Shown here one piece after another: positions 1 through 13,495 of a stretch of 64,000 nt of DNA. Every line of letters starts with the position of its first letter. Within the stretch, counting starts at the first letter, position 1. Under the pieces are notes generated by a model. It made no database searches. It was not told where the DNA came from and saw only the letters and a program-made list of their open reading frames with translations. Origin of the DNA: Lama glama (taxonomy: Eukaryota). A program made the translations under genes and the position numbers. Location of the stretch: the NCBI GenBank assembly GCA_028534125.1, contig CM052816.1, forward strand, positions 77,378,001-77,442,000. Direction: 5' to 3'.

Positions 1-620
1 GTTTCTGAATTTGTGATGACTTCCTTAGGCTAAATTTCTAGAATTGGTGATGCTGCATGCAGGACATCCCCTTTTTATGACTCTTGATATTTTCATTGTG
101 AATTGTTATCCAAAAATTCTGAATTTCTCTGCATTCCCACAAACATCGTGTTAGAGTGTGCATGCCTGTCCACATCCTTGCCAGGACTGGGTTTGTTCAT
201 CTCTCTTAATTTTGCCATTTCAATCTGATGGCCTCCAAATTATGGCACTATTGTTTTTATTTTTTTGTGATTACTTTTTAAAAACTTACCAGTCATTTTC
301 GTTCTTTTCTGAACTGTTTGTATCCTTTGTAGATTTTCTCTTGTGTTGAAATTTATCTTTTTCCTCATCAGTTTGTAAGAGATCGCTGTATATAGTACGG
401 CTATTCATTCTGTCATATTTGCTACAAATATTTTGCCAAGTTAAAAATTTTAGCTTTGTGCTGTTTTTCACACCTCAGGTTTTTATTTTTATATAATGGA
501 AACTTTTGCTATTTTTCTTTATGAGTTTTTGGTTTTATTATCATGCTTGATTTAAATCTTTCATCCATCTGGAATTACTTTATATTAAGGTATGAAGAAT
601 CTAACTTAGTTTTATTCCAG
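1..620 (-). mobile_element. Old L1 (L1M-type) fragment, antisense
   Basis: T-rich sequence with L1 3'-region motifs (tgcattcccac...ccacatccttgccag; catccatctggaattact); boundaries approximate. Confidence 0.55.
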
Positions 621-3600
621 ATTTTTACAGAATTCCCCAGGACTCATGTCAGAGAGCCAGTTTGTGTTGTCTGCTTTTTCAGTAAAGATTGAGAAGTTTC
701 TGTCTGGGAAGCTACTTGGAATAACAGTTTTAGAATTAGAAAGGCAAATCCAGACAGACTCTAGGTGACTGACTTAATTAATAGATCATTGTTTTTGCAT
801 ATCATACAAGTTGTTGACAGCATTTTTTATAATAATGGGCCTGATTGTGATTAGAATATTAGATTAACAGTATCTCAATGCTAAGTTATTTCTGCTGCTT
901 CTCTAATAAGATAATACTGATAAGAAAATTGAAAAGCATTGTGAACTGTAATTGAGATTCACAAGGTTGACTTCAGCAAAATGAGAAATCCAGAGATTTG
1001 TCTTAATAAAAATGACCATTATTGTTGTTATCTATCATTACTATAATTATTATCATTGTTTGTCCTTAATTATAAAAACAATAAAGCTTATCTACCCACA
1101 GAGAAAAAAAAAGAAAATTGAAAAGCAAATTAGATGAATAGAAGAGGGGGAGGTGGATGCATCGGAAAGCCTTTGAGCACCTACCATGTGCAAGAGAGGC
1201 TGTGAAATGATAGTGGAGCTGTGCATGAAAAGATTTGGGCTCTTTTGCAACTTTCTACTAAATGAAAGTGTGAGAAATTAAGTTTTCTCCAGATCTTAAG
1301 ATGCTTTAAAAAGTATACGTATAAAGCAAACAAGATATTTAACACACGTCATTTAATAAGCTTCTAATTGACAAGGGCAAGCACAAAAGTCAGTCTTTGT
1401 AAGATTTTTAATCTCTGAGTTTCTTAAAACAACCTAAAATTTTGGATTTGTCTGAGGCAGAATAAATAACATGGATCCTATAAAAGAGCTGGGAAAGCAC
1501 CTGTCTCCCGATGTAAGACGCAAAGGGCGCGGAGGTTGTGGGTAAAGACGTAGCAGCTTTGAAAGATAAATAAGACTGATGAAATTTTTTTCTAGCTGAA
1601 AAGTTTCTAGAATGCAAGTTAACATTGTCCTCAAGCGTCTTTTAGCTGGAGAGAAATGCACATGACAGTGGGAGCTTAGGGGAACTTCCCAGGTATACGA
1701 TGAAAAAGTGTACTATGAAGAAAGCGTGTTTGCGTTTCACCTTTTCATTTGTGATTGTGGTTGTTACTGACTTCAGCTTGAAATACTGGCTATGACTTGG
1801 GCTTTGAGGAGTAGCCCACTGCTATTTAGATAAAATGTAAATGGCTTGTCCTTTTCCGGGAGGGAAGCAGTTTAATAGGTGAGTGTTTCCTTAACAAAAT
1901 ATTCTCATGTTTCATAATTTTAAGTTACTACATTGTGACATCTTGAAACATTTGAAGGAACTGTGTTCTTGGCAGCCTCAGCTCTGTGTGGTTGCCCTAC
2001 CACCTTGAACTTGCCCCTCCTGGCACTGAATCAGCTCGTTGCTCCTCGTTTGCTTCTCCTTTTTTGAAAGCAGCTTCCCACTTAAACTTCTCCCATAAAG
2101 CATCCTCCACTGTCCTTATTTAGCTGTGTATCTGTTGACCTTGCTGCTTAGTTTAGGCTTTAAATCCACATGTTCCATTTCCTGTGCAGCCCTGAATGTT
2201 TTATGTAAATCCAGTGTAGAGCACTGTGGTCGGCAAATTTTAGTGAAGTTTACTAAGTACTAATTTTTTAAGTTCCAAGATCGACTGACTGACTGACTGG
2301 TTGGTTGATTGATATTTTTTCTTCTCTTTTTTTCCTTTTTCAGTTTTATTAGGTAGAATTATTACAGTTTGACTGCCCATATACATTCTATTGCATGTAA
2401 ATACATATACACAATATAGTGCACATTTTTTTTCTTTTTTTAGTTTACATGTAAGTACTGATTGTTGTTTCTAAGAACAGATTAGAGCTTTAGGTTTTTA
2501 AACTTACATAGCTGAAAGTTCCAAGACTAGTTTATATTGGCCTGCTCCGCCACTTTTGTTACCTGGCACATTCGGCCCCTACCTCGGTCAGCTCGCACAG
2601 TTGTGCTGGCCGTGACTTTACCTAGAGGTCCTTGAGCTTCCCAGGGAAACACTGGGGTAGATGTGGGACCTGAGAGCCTGTGTCTCTGAATTTCTTTTCA
2701 CTTACCTGCACTTTACTGTCATTTGAGGAGAGAACAGGCAAGAAAGAGCCCTTCACACTAGAAAGCCTGAGTTTCACAGAACAGAACAGACTCATGCCTT
2801 GTTTGTTTTCCACTGAACCCCACATTTTGCAATAATTTACCCATCCTTTATAGGTAGGGAGACTTAAAGATTTTGGAGACTCCCTTGCTCTTTATGCTAC
2901 TTTTGTTCGTTTGTTTGTTGACCAGTTTATCCCTGTGAGAGGCCGTGTCCCTGAGCAGGGTTTCCCACTTTTCCTTTTGTCACACAGCTTCTGAGCCGGC
3001 TGCCCGGATAGCCCTCTTTCTCAGGTGTTGATGGTACCCTCACCCCTGCCCGGGGTCCTCTCTCAGCCTTCCTCTCAGACTGCTGTTTTCTTTGGCCTGC
3101 GCGACTCCCCGTTTCTTTTGATCCCAGGAATCCTGGGTTTTCTCTGGTTCCTAGGAGGTGTGACTGTGTCGGTAGCTCTCAAACAAGCTTCGTCTGTTCT
3201 GTCTGTGGCTTATGCTCATTTCTTGAGCTGCGCTCAGTGAGTTCCAATCTTGAGGTGGTGTCCAGGCTCTGACTGGTCCCTGTTCTCACTCACTGTCTGT
3301 GCCCCACCCCACCCCCGACCCCGCACTGGTCAGCTCTTCTTCCCCTGAAACATGGTCGTCCACGGCCAGTTTCCCATATCTTTTCACAATGGTCCCTGAT
3401 TCCTTTTGCCTTTCTTCCTACTCTCTGGGCTAGAAACTTGAGGAAATCTTAGATGTTTTCATTTATTGTTGTACTCACCCATCATCTCTTTGATCCAGTC
3501 ATTTCTTTGATTTTGTCCTTTTTTCTCCACATAGGACATCGTGATCCACATCCTCATTACTGTCACCCGGCTTTCTCCAGCTGTCTCCTGCTGGGTCACC

Positions 3601-4277
3601 GTTTGTCTTCCTCAATCCCCTGCAGGCCTGTTGCCCACCACTGCAGACTAGGCTCTCTGAAGGACTCCCTAGATCCTGCTAAGTACTACTTTTATCTACA
3701 CAGTGCCCTTTTGGGTACCTCGGCTTCCTCGAGTCTGTGCTTTGGTCATTACCCCGTCTTGCTACTATTGGAGTTCTTGTACCAGTAATAGCTCATTGCA
3801 TCCTCCAGTCGGTGACTTCCCCCAGCATGGGGAGCTCTAACACTTGGAGATGAGTGGAAAGAGTGCAGAGAACACAGATGGAAAGCTTTATCAAGGAATA
3901 GTTTCCATAGTTCATGCAAAGGAAACCCTTTCCCTTCTCTCCCACATTGTCTGCTTGGAGCTTTCAGACCCAGTGACACTCGAGCATTGTGGGAACCCAG
4001 TTGCTGTTTGTATCAGAAGACGTATTATGGATTTGAAACAGCTGGCTGATAAATAGTTTTCTCAGATGTGGTTGATGAATTACTGGGAGCTGCTTATACA
4101 AATAAATACATATTATTTATTCTCTTTTTTCAGTAATAAGTGTGAGGATTTCCTTTAATTCTAAATTTTTTTTGATCAAGAAGGAACAGACTTTAAAATT
4201 AGTTGATTAATGGAATTACAATATAAAGAACCATTCCTTACTTTACTGAGTTTTGTCTTCTGTTTCCTTTTTTTAAG

Positions 4278-4441
4278 CCTTCATTCCAGACACTCCAGAG
4301 ATCTTGAATTTGTCTGCTGATTTCTCAACGTCTACATTACACCTCAAGTGGAATGACAAGGGTTCTGTTTTTCCACGTCACTCAAATGTCATCTGGGAAA
4401 TTAAAATTCTACGTAAAAAAAATATGGAAATTGTAAAAATA
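4278..4441 (+). CDS. LIFR: LIFR coding exon (human exon 5 equivalent), 164 nt, N-terminal cytokine-binding module
   Basis: ttttaag|CC...ATA|gtaagt; translates FIPDTPEILNLSADFSTSTLHLKWNDKGSVFPRHSNVIWEIKILRKKNMEIVKI, which matches LIFR. Upstream exons are outside the window. Confidence 0.97.
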
Positions 4442-5339
4442 GTAAGTTTGAATAACAATTGATTTTTTTTCCTGTGACATTAAAGATACAATAATTTTTA
4501 AAGATTTTAAGGTGGCATGAGTGAACCTTTAGGTTATTAAGGAAGTAGATCACATTCCTTACAAGATTCATTAGAAACTATATGCTCTGACTAAAACCAT
4601 CACTTAGTCATTAAAATAACATGAAACTATTATGAGAAGTTTAGGAAATTAAGGGAGAAATAATCCATGATAGGAATAATCCATAATAATCCATGATTCT
4701 ACCACCTGGACATAGTAAACATTATCTTTGTGTGTTCCTGTCTAGCCTTTTTATACACATGTTTTTGCATAAGTGAAATAAAATATAATTGAGTCTGTTA
4801 TTGTTATCTTTTTCTTTCATTATAAACATAAAAAATGAATGTTTAAACATATTTAGCCATAGTGATCGTTGAGAAATTTTGTGTAACTCTGTAAGTTTGA
4901 ATTTATCTGAATCTGAAATAATGTTCTTGTATTTAGTAGTACCTGCCTTTTCCCCTCTGCTTTTTAAAATCATGTTTATGAGTGCTTTGCTCATGATCTG
5001 TCTTTATTTTGTTCTTAATGTAAGGAATAGTGAGAGATTGTGGTGAGAGGTGTTGACAGCTAGTACTGGGAGTCCTCCTGTCTGTCCTTTTACTCTTTTC
5101 TTCCTTAGTGAACTTGACATATGCCTAGTGAGAGCCTTAAGAATTAGACAACCAGCTCATGATTTTACAGTTTACTTGCCTAAGCACATAGGTAAGATAT
5201 TAAAGATAATAAATAGGATTATTCTGTATTTCATTGTTACTACCTTACTTTTCCTTGTTGTCCTAAAATAACAATAGCCGTAAATCACGAGTCTGATGCT
5301 CCCGGCGTTCCTGGCACTGTTGTAAAAACTCTTTATGTG

Positions 5340-5495
5340 TTAATAGTGTGCATCTTCACAACTAGCCCACGAAGGAGGCACTATTAACATCATCCCCATT
5401 TTACAGATGAAGATAGAGTCATAGGAAGACAGTAAGTGGTGGAACCAGGACTCAAACCCAGGCAGTTGATTCCAGAGTCTGTGCTCTTTCTTAAC
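5340..5495 (-). mobile_element. MIR SINE
   Basis: catccccattttacagatgaag...ggactcaaacccaggcag...gattccagagtctgtgctct (MIR core, antisense). Confidence 0.75.
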
Positions 5496-6968
5496 CACTG
5501 TGATTTGTATTACATCATCAGTGCACTTATTTTCATCCAAGACGCCCTCCTGTTCCTTTTCACCTATCCAAACTGAATACACATCTCCAGCCCCAGGTGT
5601 AATCCTGCCCCTTATTTTAAAGCTCATTCCAGTTACCTCAGTCTAAAATGCTCTCCTTTTTCTAGAATTTTAATGGTAATTCTGTGTGTCAGTCTGATTC
5701 GCAGTTAGCTTTGCTACAGCTCTATCATTGTTGTCTTAAAAACTATTATTTGTTTAAAATTGTATTGTGTAGCTTTTTATTATGTCCTGATATTTTATAT
5801 TATGGATTACTGCTCACTGGCTTAGGATGACTTCCCTAAATTTTCTTTTACTTATTTGTAAAGTAGCGCTAGTATTTCTGTAATACACGATATGATACTT
5901 ATAAAGCTACTAAACAGCTATTAGTTGTCATTACTTCCTTTGGGGGCTAGATAGGCTTTTTTTTTAAAACTAACGTATAGATGCTAGAATAAGAGGGATA
6001 CTCCTTGAAGTATAAGTGAAATCAAATTATTCTAAGGTCATGTAAGTCATTGCCACAAGATGCATAAGAAGACAGCAATGGCAAAGTAGTAATTCCCTAC
6101 TTTTGGGAACATGATCTTTGAAGAAAATTCTTTGTATAGGGAAAAATAATAAGGAGTAAGAAAAATAGAGATAGAACAATTTGATCTTAGAAAAGTTATT
6201 CCTGTCCATAGTAAAACGTGCCATTTTTATTATAGCTTTGTTATAGCTATAGTATTAGTTTTTTAAGGCAGAATTGCATATAATCATTTTATGACAGCTT
6301 ATAATGCTATTATTTTGTAATAGTTTAAAGATTGTGAAACACTGTGGATGAATGTTTCATTTATAACTTGACAGTCTCTGCCTGCAGTCTCACGTCCAGC
6401 TGTGGGAGCTGTGCACTGCACAGACCAGGATGTGAACGACCCCTGGGAGTTACGCAGCAACTTTTCTCTCCTCGCATTTTTCTCTCCTGTAAACAACAAA
6501 TTTCAGTTATTTTAGCTAATTCTTTTATTATTTGTCTCCATTTTTCCAGATAGCAATGTTTATGTTGCTCTTCCTTAATTTTCTCTTTTAGTTTTGATCA
6601 GTGTTTTGTTAACCTCCCACAACAGAAGATGAGGATTTAGTCCCGTCGAACCTCCCAGCCCAGGCACACCCACTCACATGCTTGTGCACTTGTGTGTGCC
6701 CTCCCTCTCTGTCTCAATCTCTCTCTCTCTCTCTCTTCACTTACAATTTTTTCCAGTATCATTCTGTTGCAATTTTTGGTAGACAAGTATTTGTTGTTTG
6801 TGTTATAGTTTTATAAATCCGTAACGGAGATAGTTTTGCAAAAGAACAAACCTTTACCTTCCTTAGGTGGTGATTGTACACAGTCTGTTGTATTTTTTAA
6901 CCCTAAAAAAAAAAGCAGACCATATCACTACTTGGGAATAGAATTTTGTGTTTGTGTTCATTTTGTAG

Positions 6969-7143
6969 ATGACCCACAACACAACTCTGAATGGCAAAGA
7001 CACAGTTCATCACTGGAGCTGGACGTCGGACATGCCCTTGGAGTGTGCCACTCACTATGTGGGAATTAGGTGCTACATCGATGACCCTAAGTTCTCTGGT
7101 CACAAAGAGTGGAGTAACTGGAGCCTACTGAAGAACATTTCTT
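6969..7143 (+). CDS. LIFR: LIFR exon 6 equivalent, 175 nt, first WSXWS motif (WSNWS)
   Basis: ttttgtag|ATG...TCTT|gtaag; MTHNTTLNGKDTVHHWSWTSDMPLECATHYVGIRCYIDDPKFSGHKEWSNWSLLKNIS. Confidence 0.98.
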
Positions 7144-7221
7144 GTAAGCTCATATTTAAAGAGTTTTTGTTTCAGATGAATTAGATTAGTCTTGCTTAAG
7201 TGTAGGGTTAGTTGATGCTTT

Positions 7222-7385
7222 CAGTTCTCTGAGCCCCATTTGGCTGCATGAGGGTCACCTGGGGATTTTCCACGTCTCCATCCCAGAACAGTTTGATCAG
7301 AAACTCTGAGATAGGCTTCAGGAGTCCGTATGTTTAAAGAACTTCCTGAGTGATTGGATAAACACCAAGGTTTGAAAATCACTGT
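7222..7385. mobile_element. MER5-like hAT-Charlie MITE
   Basis: ggctgcatgagggtcacctgggga...gatcagaaactctg...aaggtttgaaaatcactg. Confidence 0.55.
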
Positions 7386-7599
7386 GGTAGTCATTGAAGA
7401 ACATTAAAAAATTATATGGTAATGAGATCAAGTCCATATTAAAGAAAAAATGGCTCTCAGTTTCTTCACAGAGAAGATCCCTGCAAGCTGCAGAGCTATT
7501 GCAGAGAGCATGGGAATCTGCAAGTATACCAAAACATCTGTACGTTGAATAAAACTCACATGCAGGAGAATGTCAGCAGAGTGAGAGAGGGCCTGGAAA

Positions 7600-8700
7600 A
7601 TTGTTGACAGTAAAATGAAGTCCTTAAAAAGGCTGCTACTCATTGTAGGTTATTTACTCTAGTGACAGTACAGGGAAGTAGATCAGAGGGAGAAAGGAAT
7701 GGAAAGAGGCAGATTAATAAGGAGAATCTTGTTGTAGTTCAGCGTGTAAACTAGACTAGGACACTTGGGTATAGAAATGAAAAGGGAGAAGAGATATGAA
7801 AACACTGAAGAGACAGAGTTAGAATTGGTGACAGTGCATTTAGTAGGGGAGAAATGGAGCCGAACATGACTGTTAGTTTGGACAGCTGAGTAGCTGGTGA
7901 TTGTTGTCCAATGAGATACCAACTATATGATCAAACTAGGTGGGACAGATAAATTTCATTTTTAATGTGTTGAGCTTGAGGTAGCTATGAAGTGTCTGGG
8001 GAGCAGTGTCTCTTTGTCAGTTGGGAATACAAGTCTGGCATCCAGGTAGTGAGCTGGAGCAGAAGATACACAGTTGACCCTTGAACAACCAGAGGTTAGG
8101 GGTGCAGATTCTCTGCATAGTGGAAAATCCACATATGATTTATAGTCAGCCCCCCGAACCCATGAATCCTCCATATCTGTGGTTCCGCATCCAGAGATTC
8201 AACCAACCACAGATCATGTAGTACTGTAGTATTTACTATTGAAAAAAAATCCACGTGTAAGTGAACCCATGCAGTTCAAACGTGTGTTGTCCAAGGGTCA
8301 ACTATGTATTTGAGAATCGTTAAAATATGTGATGGGAAATTTTTTAAATCTTGGAGGTTAACATAACTCAGGAAAAGGGACATGGAGACCGAGGACACAT
8401 CCATTAGAAATTTGTATGTCCGAGGGAAGGATGGGAGAAAAAGAAGCCAGCAAAGCAAGTAGCAGCCAGAGGATTAAGCAGAGTATAGTGGTCTGCAAGC
8501 CAAGAGAAAAGGGAATTTTGAGAAGGCAGACTTTAGGCAACATACCGGATGCTGGGGAAGTCGAAGGAAAGATTGCTGAGAAGTGGCTATTGGATTGAAC
8601 AGTTATGCCAGTGAGCCATTTTAGTAGAACCGGTGTGGGTAGAAGCAGGTTAAAGAGTAAGTAGATAGAAAGGAGACAGGAGATAATTTTTTTAATTAGC
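7600..8700 (-). mobile_element. L2 LINE remnant, interrupted by a Tigger MITE
   Basis: Purine-rich L2-like motifs (tgttgagcttgaggtagctatg; gtctgcaagccaagagaa; ggctattggattgaaca). Confidence 0.55.
8071..8304. mobile_element. Tigger-derived MITE (MER8-like) with terminal inverted repeats
   Basis: TIRs cagttgacccttgaacaac / gttgtccaagggtcaacta around a ~235 bp body. Confidence 0.85.
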
Positions 8701-9175
8701 TATTTAGGAAGATAAAAACAAAGATGTGGCTTTAACCTGCAGTGAGCTGGGATTAAAGAAAAAGTGCTTTTTAAGAATTGGAGTACTTAACTATATAGTT
8801 AGGCAGATGGGAAGAAGTCTGCTCTAAATACATAGAATAACTTCAAAGGAATGGAATTATTTAATGAGCGACTTTTTCTTGACATGGGTTTTTCACATGT
8901 GGACATAAACCCACTTAATTTGAAACTTTAGACTTCTTAGATATTAACTGGGACCCTGAACATTGATTTACAGCCCCCTCCACTCAACCCCCATCACCCC
9001 ATCGTAAGTAAATAAAACCACACACTTTTATTTCTCATACATGTCTTGCTCCTTTGAAACCTGAGGGACATAACCCACCAATGTTATAAAGTATGTAACA
9101 GTATGCTTTATGTGCACTGGGCTAATTTATGTCAAAGACTTCTAAAGTATTTAAAATTCCTTTTGCTCTTTCTAG

Positions 9176-9430
9176 GGTCTTCTGATTCTCAAACTAAGGT
9201 TTTTCCTCAAGACAAAGTGATACTTGTAGGCTCGGATATAACAGTTTGTTGTGTGACTCAAGAAAAAGTGTTGTTAGCACTGATTGGGAGTACAAATTGT
9301 CCCCTTATTCATCTTGATGGGGAAAATGTTGCAATCAAGATCCATAATATTTCTGCTTCTGAAAGTAGTGGAACAAATGTGGTTTTCTCAGTAGAAGATA
9401 ACATGTTTGGAACGGTTATTTTTGCAGGAT
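9176..9430 (+). CDS. LIFR: LIFR exon 7 equivalent, 255 nt, Ig-like domain (D3)
   Basis: tctag|GG...GGAT|gtaagt; SSDSQTKVFPQDKVILVGSDITVCCVTQEKV...DNMFGTVIFAG. Confidence 0.98.
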
Positions 9431-9910
9431 GTAAGTATATAATGTTTTTTTAAAAAGTTCCTATTAATCTGTTTTGATCCTCCTTAAAAGCCTTAGTGCT
9501 TTTTCTGGGGTATGAATTGATTCTATTTTTTTTATTCTTTAATATAAATGATATATGAAGGCACCAGAAGTTTTGTTTCTTTTAAGATGAGTTCTAAGCT
9601 TGTTTTCTACATACCTGTATCTATATAATTTGTAGATTTTATAATATTTGAAACATTCAACTGCTAATTTTTTACATAAGTTCTTAGGTAACAGCTTTGT
9701 TGAGTCAAGGGCAAGTTAGTATATGTAAGACTTCTTAATCCTACATTGTTTAGGAATTTTTTCATGTAAATTAATTTCCCACCTAATTAAAGTATACCTT
9801 TTCTCCAGTACCTGCATTAAAGAAATTATAATGATTTTACACAAAATCTTTCTTTTAAAATTTTTTTTCTTTTTTTGTTTCCTTTCAAAATATTTTTCTT
9901 AAAAAGGGAA

Positions 9911-10031
9911 TTTTTTTTAAATGGGGGGGAGGTAATTTTAAGTTTGCTTATTTTTTTAAACAGAGGTTTAAAATTGAACCTGGGACCTTGTGCATGCTAG
10001 GCATGCACTCTACCAGTGAGCTTTACCCTCC
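9911..10031 (-). mobile_element. tRNA-Ala-derived camelid-type SINE (Vic-1-like), copy B
   Basis: Reverse complement reads ggagggtaaagctcactggtagagtgcatgcctagcatgcacaaggtcccaggttcaat (A and B boxes) plus an A-rich tail. Confidence 0.8.
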
Positions 10032-10041
10032 TCTCTCTCTC

Positions 10042-10629
10042 TTTTCTTTTTTTTAGTGGAGGTACTGAGGATTAAACTCACACGATGTGAGAGTTGTGGG
10101 TTAAGTTTCCTTTGGAGCAAACTGAGGACTATAGCCTGGGAGACAGCATCTCAGATAGCTCTGAGGAATTGTTCTGAAGAGCTGTGGGGAAAACTCAGAA
10201 TCATATATGACTTCAGTGAAGGGGGGCGCATGCAGTCAAGCACACATTTAGGCAGAGGCTGCTGCTAGTCACAAAGAGCAGATGTCACTGTTAATAACTT
10301 TAGTGCTTTTCTAGATAGAAGGAGACTCAAGAATTTGGGCTCATAAAATCTTTTCCTGAAAATAGCTAACTATATGAAGGCCTGTTCTGCCAGTTTTCCC
10401 AGAGCACAGAGTGCCTCATTCCTGATCTCCACCCTGAACTTGTTTCAGAGAGTCTTAGAGGTCAGTGGCTGCAGCAGCTCGTGATTCAGTCCTAGCAGAG
10501 GTAGATGGCAAGTGCCAGGGTGATTCAATCCTTGTAGAGGCAGGTGGCAAGTGCCAATTTTTAGTTGGCAAAACCCAGGACCTTGTGCTTACTAAGCATA
10601 CACTCTACCACTGACTATACCCCTCCCCC
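10042..10629 (-). mobile_element. Camelid-type SINE copy A, split by an LTR (10042-10077 and 10571-10629)
   Basis: ggaggtactgaggattaaac | aaacccaggaccttgtgcttactaagcatacactctaccactgactatacccctcccc; the halves join into a full SINE head. Confidence 0.8.
10078..10570 (-). mobile_element. Solo ERV1-class LTR (MER41-like)
   Basis: gaggactatagcctgggagacagcatctcagatagctctgag motif; ends gttggca; flanked by a 4-bp AAAC duplication; internal ~38-bp tandem duplication at 10481-10557. Confidence 0.75.
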
Positions 10630-13365
10630 GGACAAAAATCTCTCAATAGCATATATATGCTTCTCTGATGAGAAGAGGGTGGCTGGAGGACGTGGGTAGA
10701 AGGAAGAACCCCTTTCTCACTGTGGTCCGTGTATGCTGTGTCCTGTGTAATGCAGGGCATCTTTAGTAACATGGCCACTCCTACAGTTCTAACATTCCAT
10801 GACATTTCCAAAAGTTGCTATGGTTGGTGGACTGCCCTACCTATATAGCTTGTATTGAGCATCCACAGATAATTTTGTATTTGGAGTTTTTCTGTCTCCT
10901 TCCTGTGGTCACTATAATGTTACTGTGCACTGGTGGCTTTACTTCCTGCAGTGCTTCCCCTCCTCCATACATTCTGATTTTAAAGCTTCTGAGTTTGGTC
11001 CAAGAGTCTCTTGAATGAAATGTATGAAATGTAAGTGGATTTTGTAACTTTCTTTTGATTGCCAAGTGATTTTTCTTATGCTTTTTTTATGCTTCTCAGC
11101 TGTGTTCTAGATCTGCAGCTCTCAGTCCCTCTTTTACTTTCATAGAACTTATGAATGACATTCAGCTGCTGGTAGATTCCCGAGGGAGTAACCAGGATGA
11201 GTTGCACTTAGCTTGCTGGCTGTATCCTTACTCTCTTTTTGTCTTCCCAGTAAGGCATTTTGGAATTCGAGTGAGAGTGAGGATATATTCAAATTTAAAC
11301 TTTAGAAATCAAAAAAATTATGTTTTCTTCCCTAAATGGAATTTGAGGAGTTGACTTGCAACATTCCTCACAAATGATCTTGGAGTCTAAATTGAGAATC
11401 AGTGTAGTGAAGGTTCTTGATAAATGATACCAAAAAGGGAGACATTCACTTAAAAGAATGAAATGAAAAATTTAAACTTAGAAGATGAGAATATTGATTC
11501 TTTTTATTATTTCTAACAATGTTCTAATCTTTTATCATAGTGCTAGAGCAAAGCTATTTAATTCATAATTTAGCTTTCATTTATAACATTTGGAGGTTGA
11601 AATACTGATTAATATCTGCCAGTTCAGAAGCGCAGCAGTAGCATTTCAATTCAGAGGGAGCGCTTTAGAAACTTACAGAAGCGGCAGGCTGTAGTGTGAG
11701 TTAGGGATCAAGATTCATTTTTCTTTCCCATATGGGTATACTATTAACACACCATTTACTGAAAAGACTGAAAAGAGTTTTGGAATCAGCTTCAGGTTTT
11801 TCCTACACACACACATGCACATTCAAACCTGCCAGGTCTTTGATTGGTATTACATTAAATCTCTCAATTTAGGAGAATTTTTATTTTCACAATATTGAGT
11901 CTTTTAAACCATGAACATGGTATGTCCTTCCATTTATTTAGATTATCTTTGCTTTACTTGAGTGATACGAGGTCTTATTTATCTTTTGGTATATTTTTCC
12001 CTAGGTATTTGGTGTTTTCTGGTGCTATTAAAAATAGATGTTTTTAAGTTGTACTGTCTATTTGCTGCTGTAGCAGAAATATAATTGATTTATACCAAGC
12101 TTTTACCTAGCTTCAGTTAACTCTTTTGTAACTTAATTTCTTTGAAAACAAAAGCAGTACATTGCATTTTAAATATTGCCCTCTCATATTTTTTCTTCTT
12201 CAGTTTTTCCTTCCACTTCTTTCTAATTTGCTCCTGTTATTTGGATTTTAAGTTTTTCAGCTTATCTGCCAAATCCTAAAATAATCAGCATTTTAAAAAA
12301 TCCTCAAAATTTTAGGTATTTGATTTTAATAAAATGACTAAAAGTTTGGCCTTAAGTTTAAAATACTTTTCAAAATAAATGTCAGTGTTGTTTTTATTAT
12401 CCAATTGTTAAACTTTCATATAAATGCTCATTACTTCACTTAATGTTTCCTAAGTTACCTGGAAGGTTATAATGATTATCTCTGGGAAAAGTATGTGAAA
12501 TTTTCAAAGTCTTGTCTGATGAACTCAGGACTATTTTAAAAATATAGGTTTTTAAAAATAAAATTATCTTACAGACTTTTTCAATGAGTTGATAATTATT
12601 TAACAAAGATCTACCTTCAGTGAAAGATAGTTTGGACAAATATGACAATAGGAAACATCATTTCTTATATGCTTGGTTGTTAAACAAGATTACAGAAGTA
12701 CCACTTTCTATAATCAGACTGTAGAATTTTCATTTATCACTTTAAGGTCTCACAAAACAAAAACAACTTTTCTTTTTCTAGTCTTGCTCCTACAAAAACA
12801 GAACAGTTTCAAAAAAGAATAAGAACAAAAGAGCAGTAGTCACTTTGAATATAGGGAGATGCACAATTTTACCAATAGGTACTTTGTAAATAATAGTCCT
12901 TATAACTTATTTAAGAACTCTGAAACTTGTAACATGACTTACAATATGACTTGGTACTTCTTTTCAAATCACAATCTAAGGATGATAGGTAATAGTACTT
13001 ATAACCTGTAGATTTTTCTGATTGAACTAGTTGGACATAGGTTCCTTCGAGATATTTGATGAACTCTGAAATATGACTTAAGGGGGAAGAAAATGAAAGG
13101 TCATCTCTTCAGGTTGCCATTGGGGAGTTTCCAGATGAGCTATTAGTCACTCTTCAGTATATTTTAATCTGTCATTTCTAATGTAACATGAACTCTGCTA
13201 TAACATGCTATATAAAGAATGATAATTCCTGCATTGTTCAAAATGAAAACATTTTGTTTTTTAAGGAAATTGTCTAAAACGTGATTGACATTTATGAAAT
13301 ATATCATTTTCAGGGAAAATATATGTAATCATAAGTAACTGAATTTTTTTTCTTTTTTTAATTAG

Positions 13366-13495
13366 ATCCACCTGATATTCCTCAAAAATTGAACTGTGAG
13401 ACATATGATTTAAAAGAGATAGTATGCACTTGGAATCCAGGAAGACTGACATCCCTGGTGGGCCCACGCAATACAAGTTACACTTTATGTGAAAG
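13366..13495 (+). CDS. LIFR: LIFR exon 8 equivalent, 130 nt, start of D4
   Basis: attag|AT...GAAAG|gtaaag; YPPDIPQKLNCETYDLKEIVCTWNPGRLTSLVGPRNTSYTLCES. Confidence 0.97.

Noticed and set aside
1470..1560. TATAAAAG followed by a few CpGs (possible internal promoter)
   Set aside because: Isolated motif with no CpG island or downstream exon evidence.
9970..10629. tRNA-like sequences
   Set aside because: They are SINE heads with tails and mutations, not tRNA genes.
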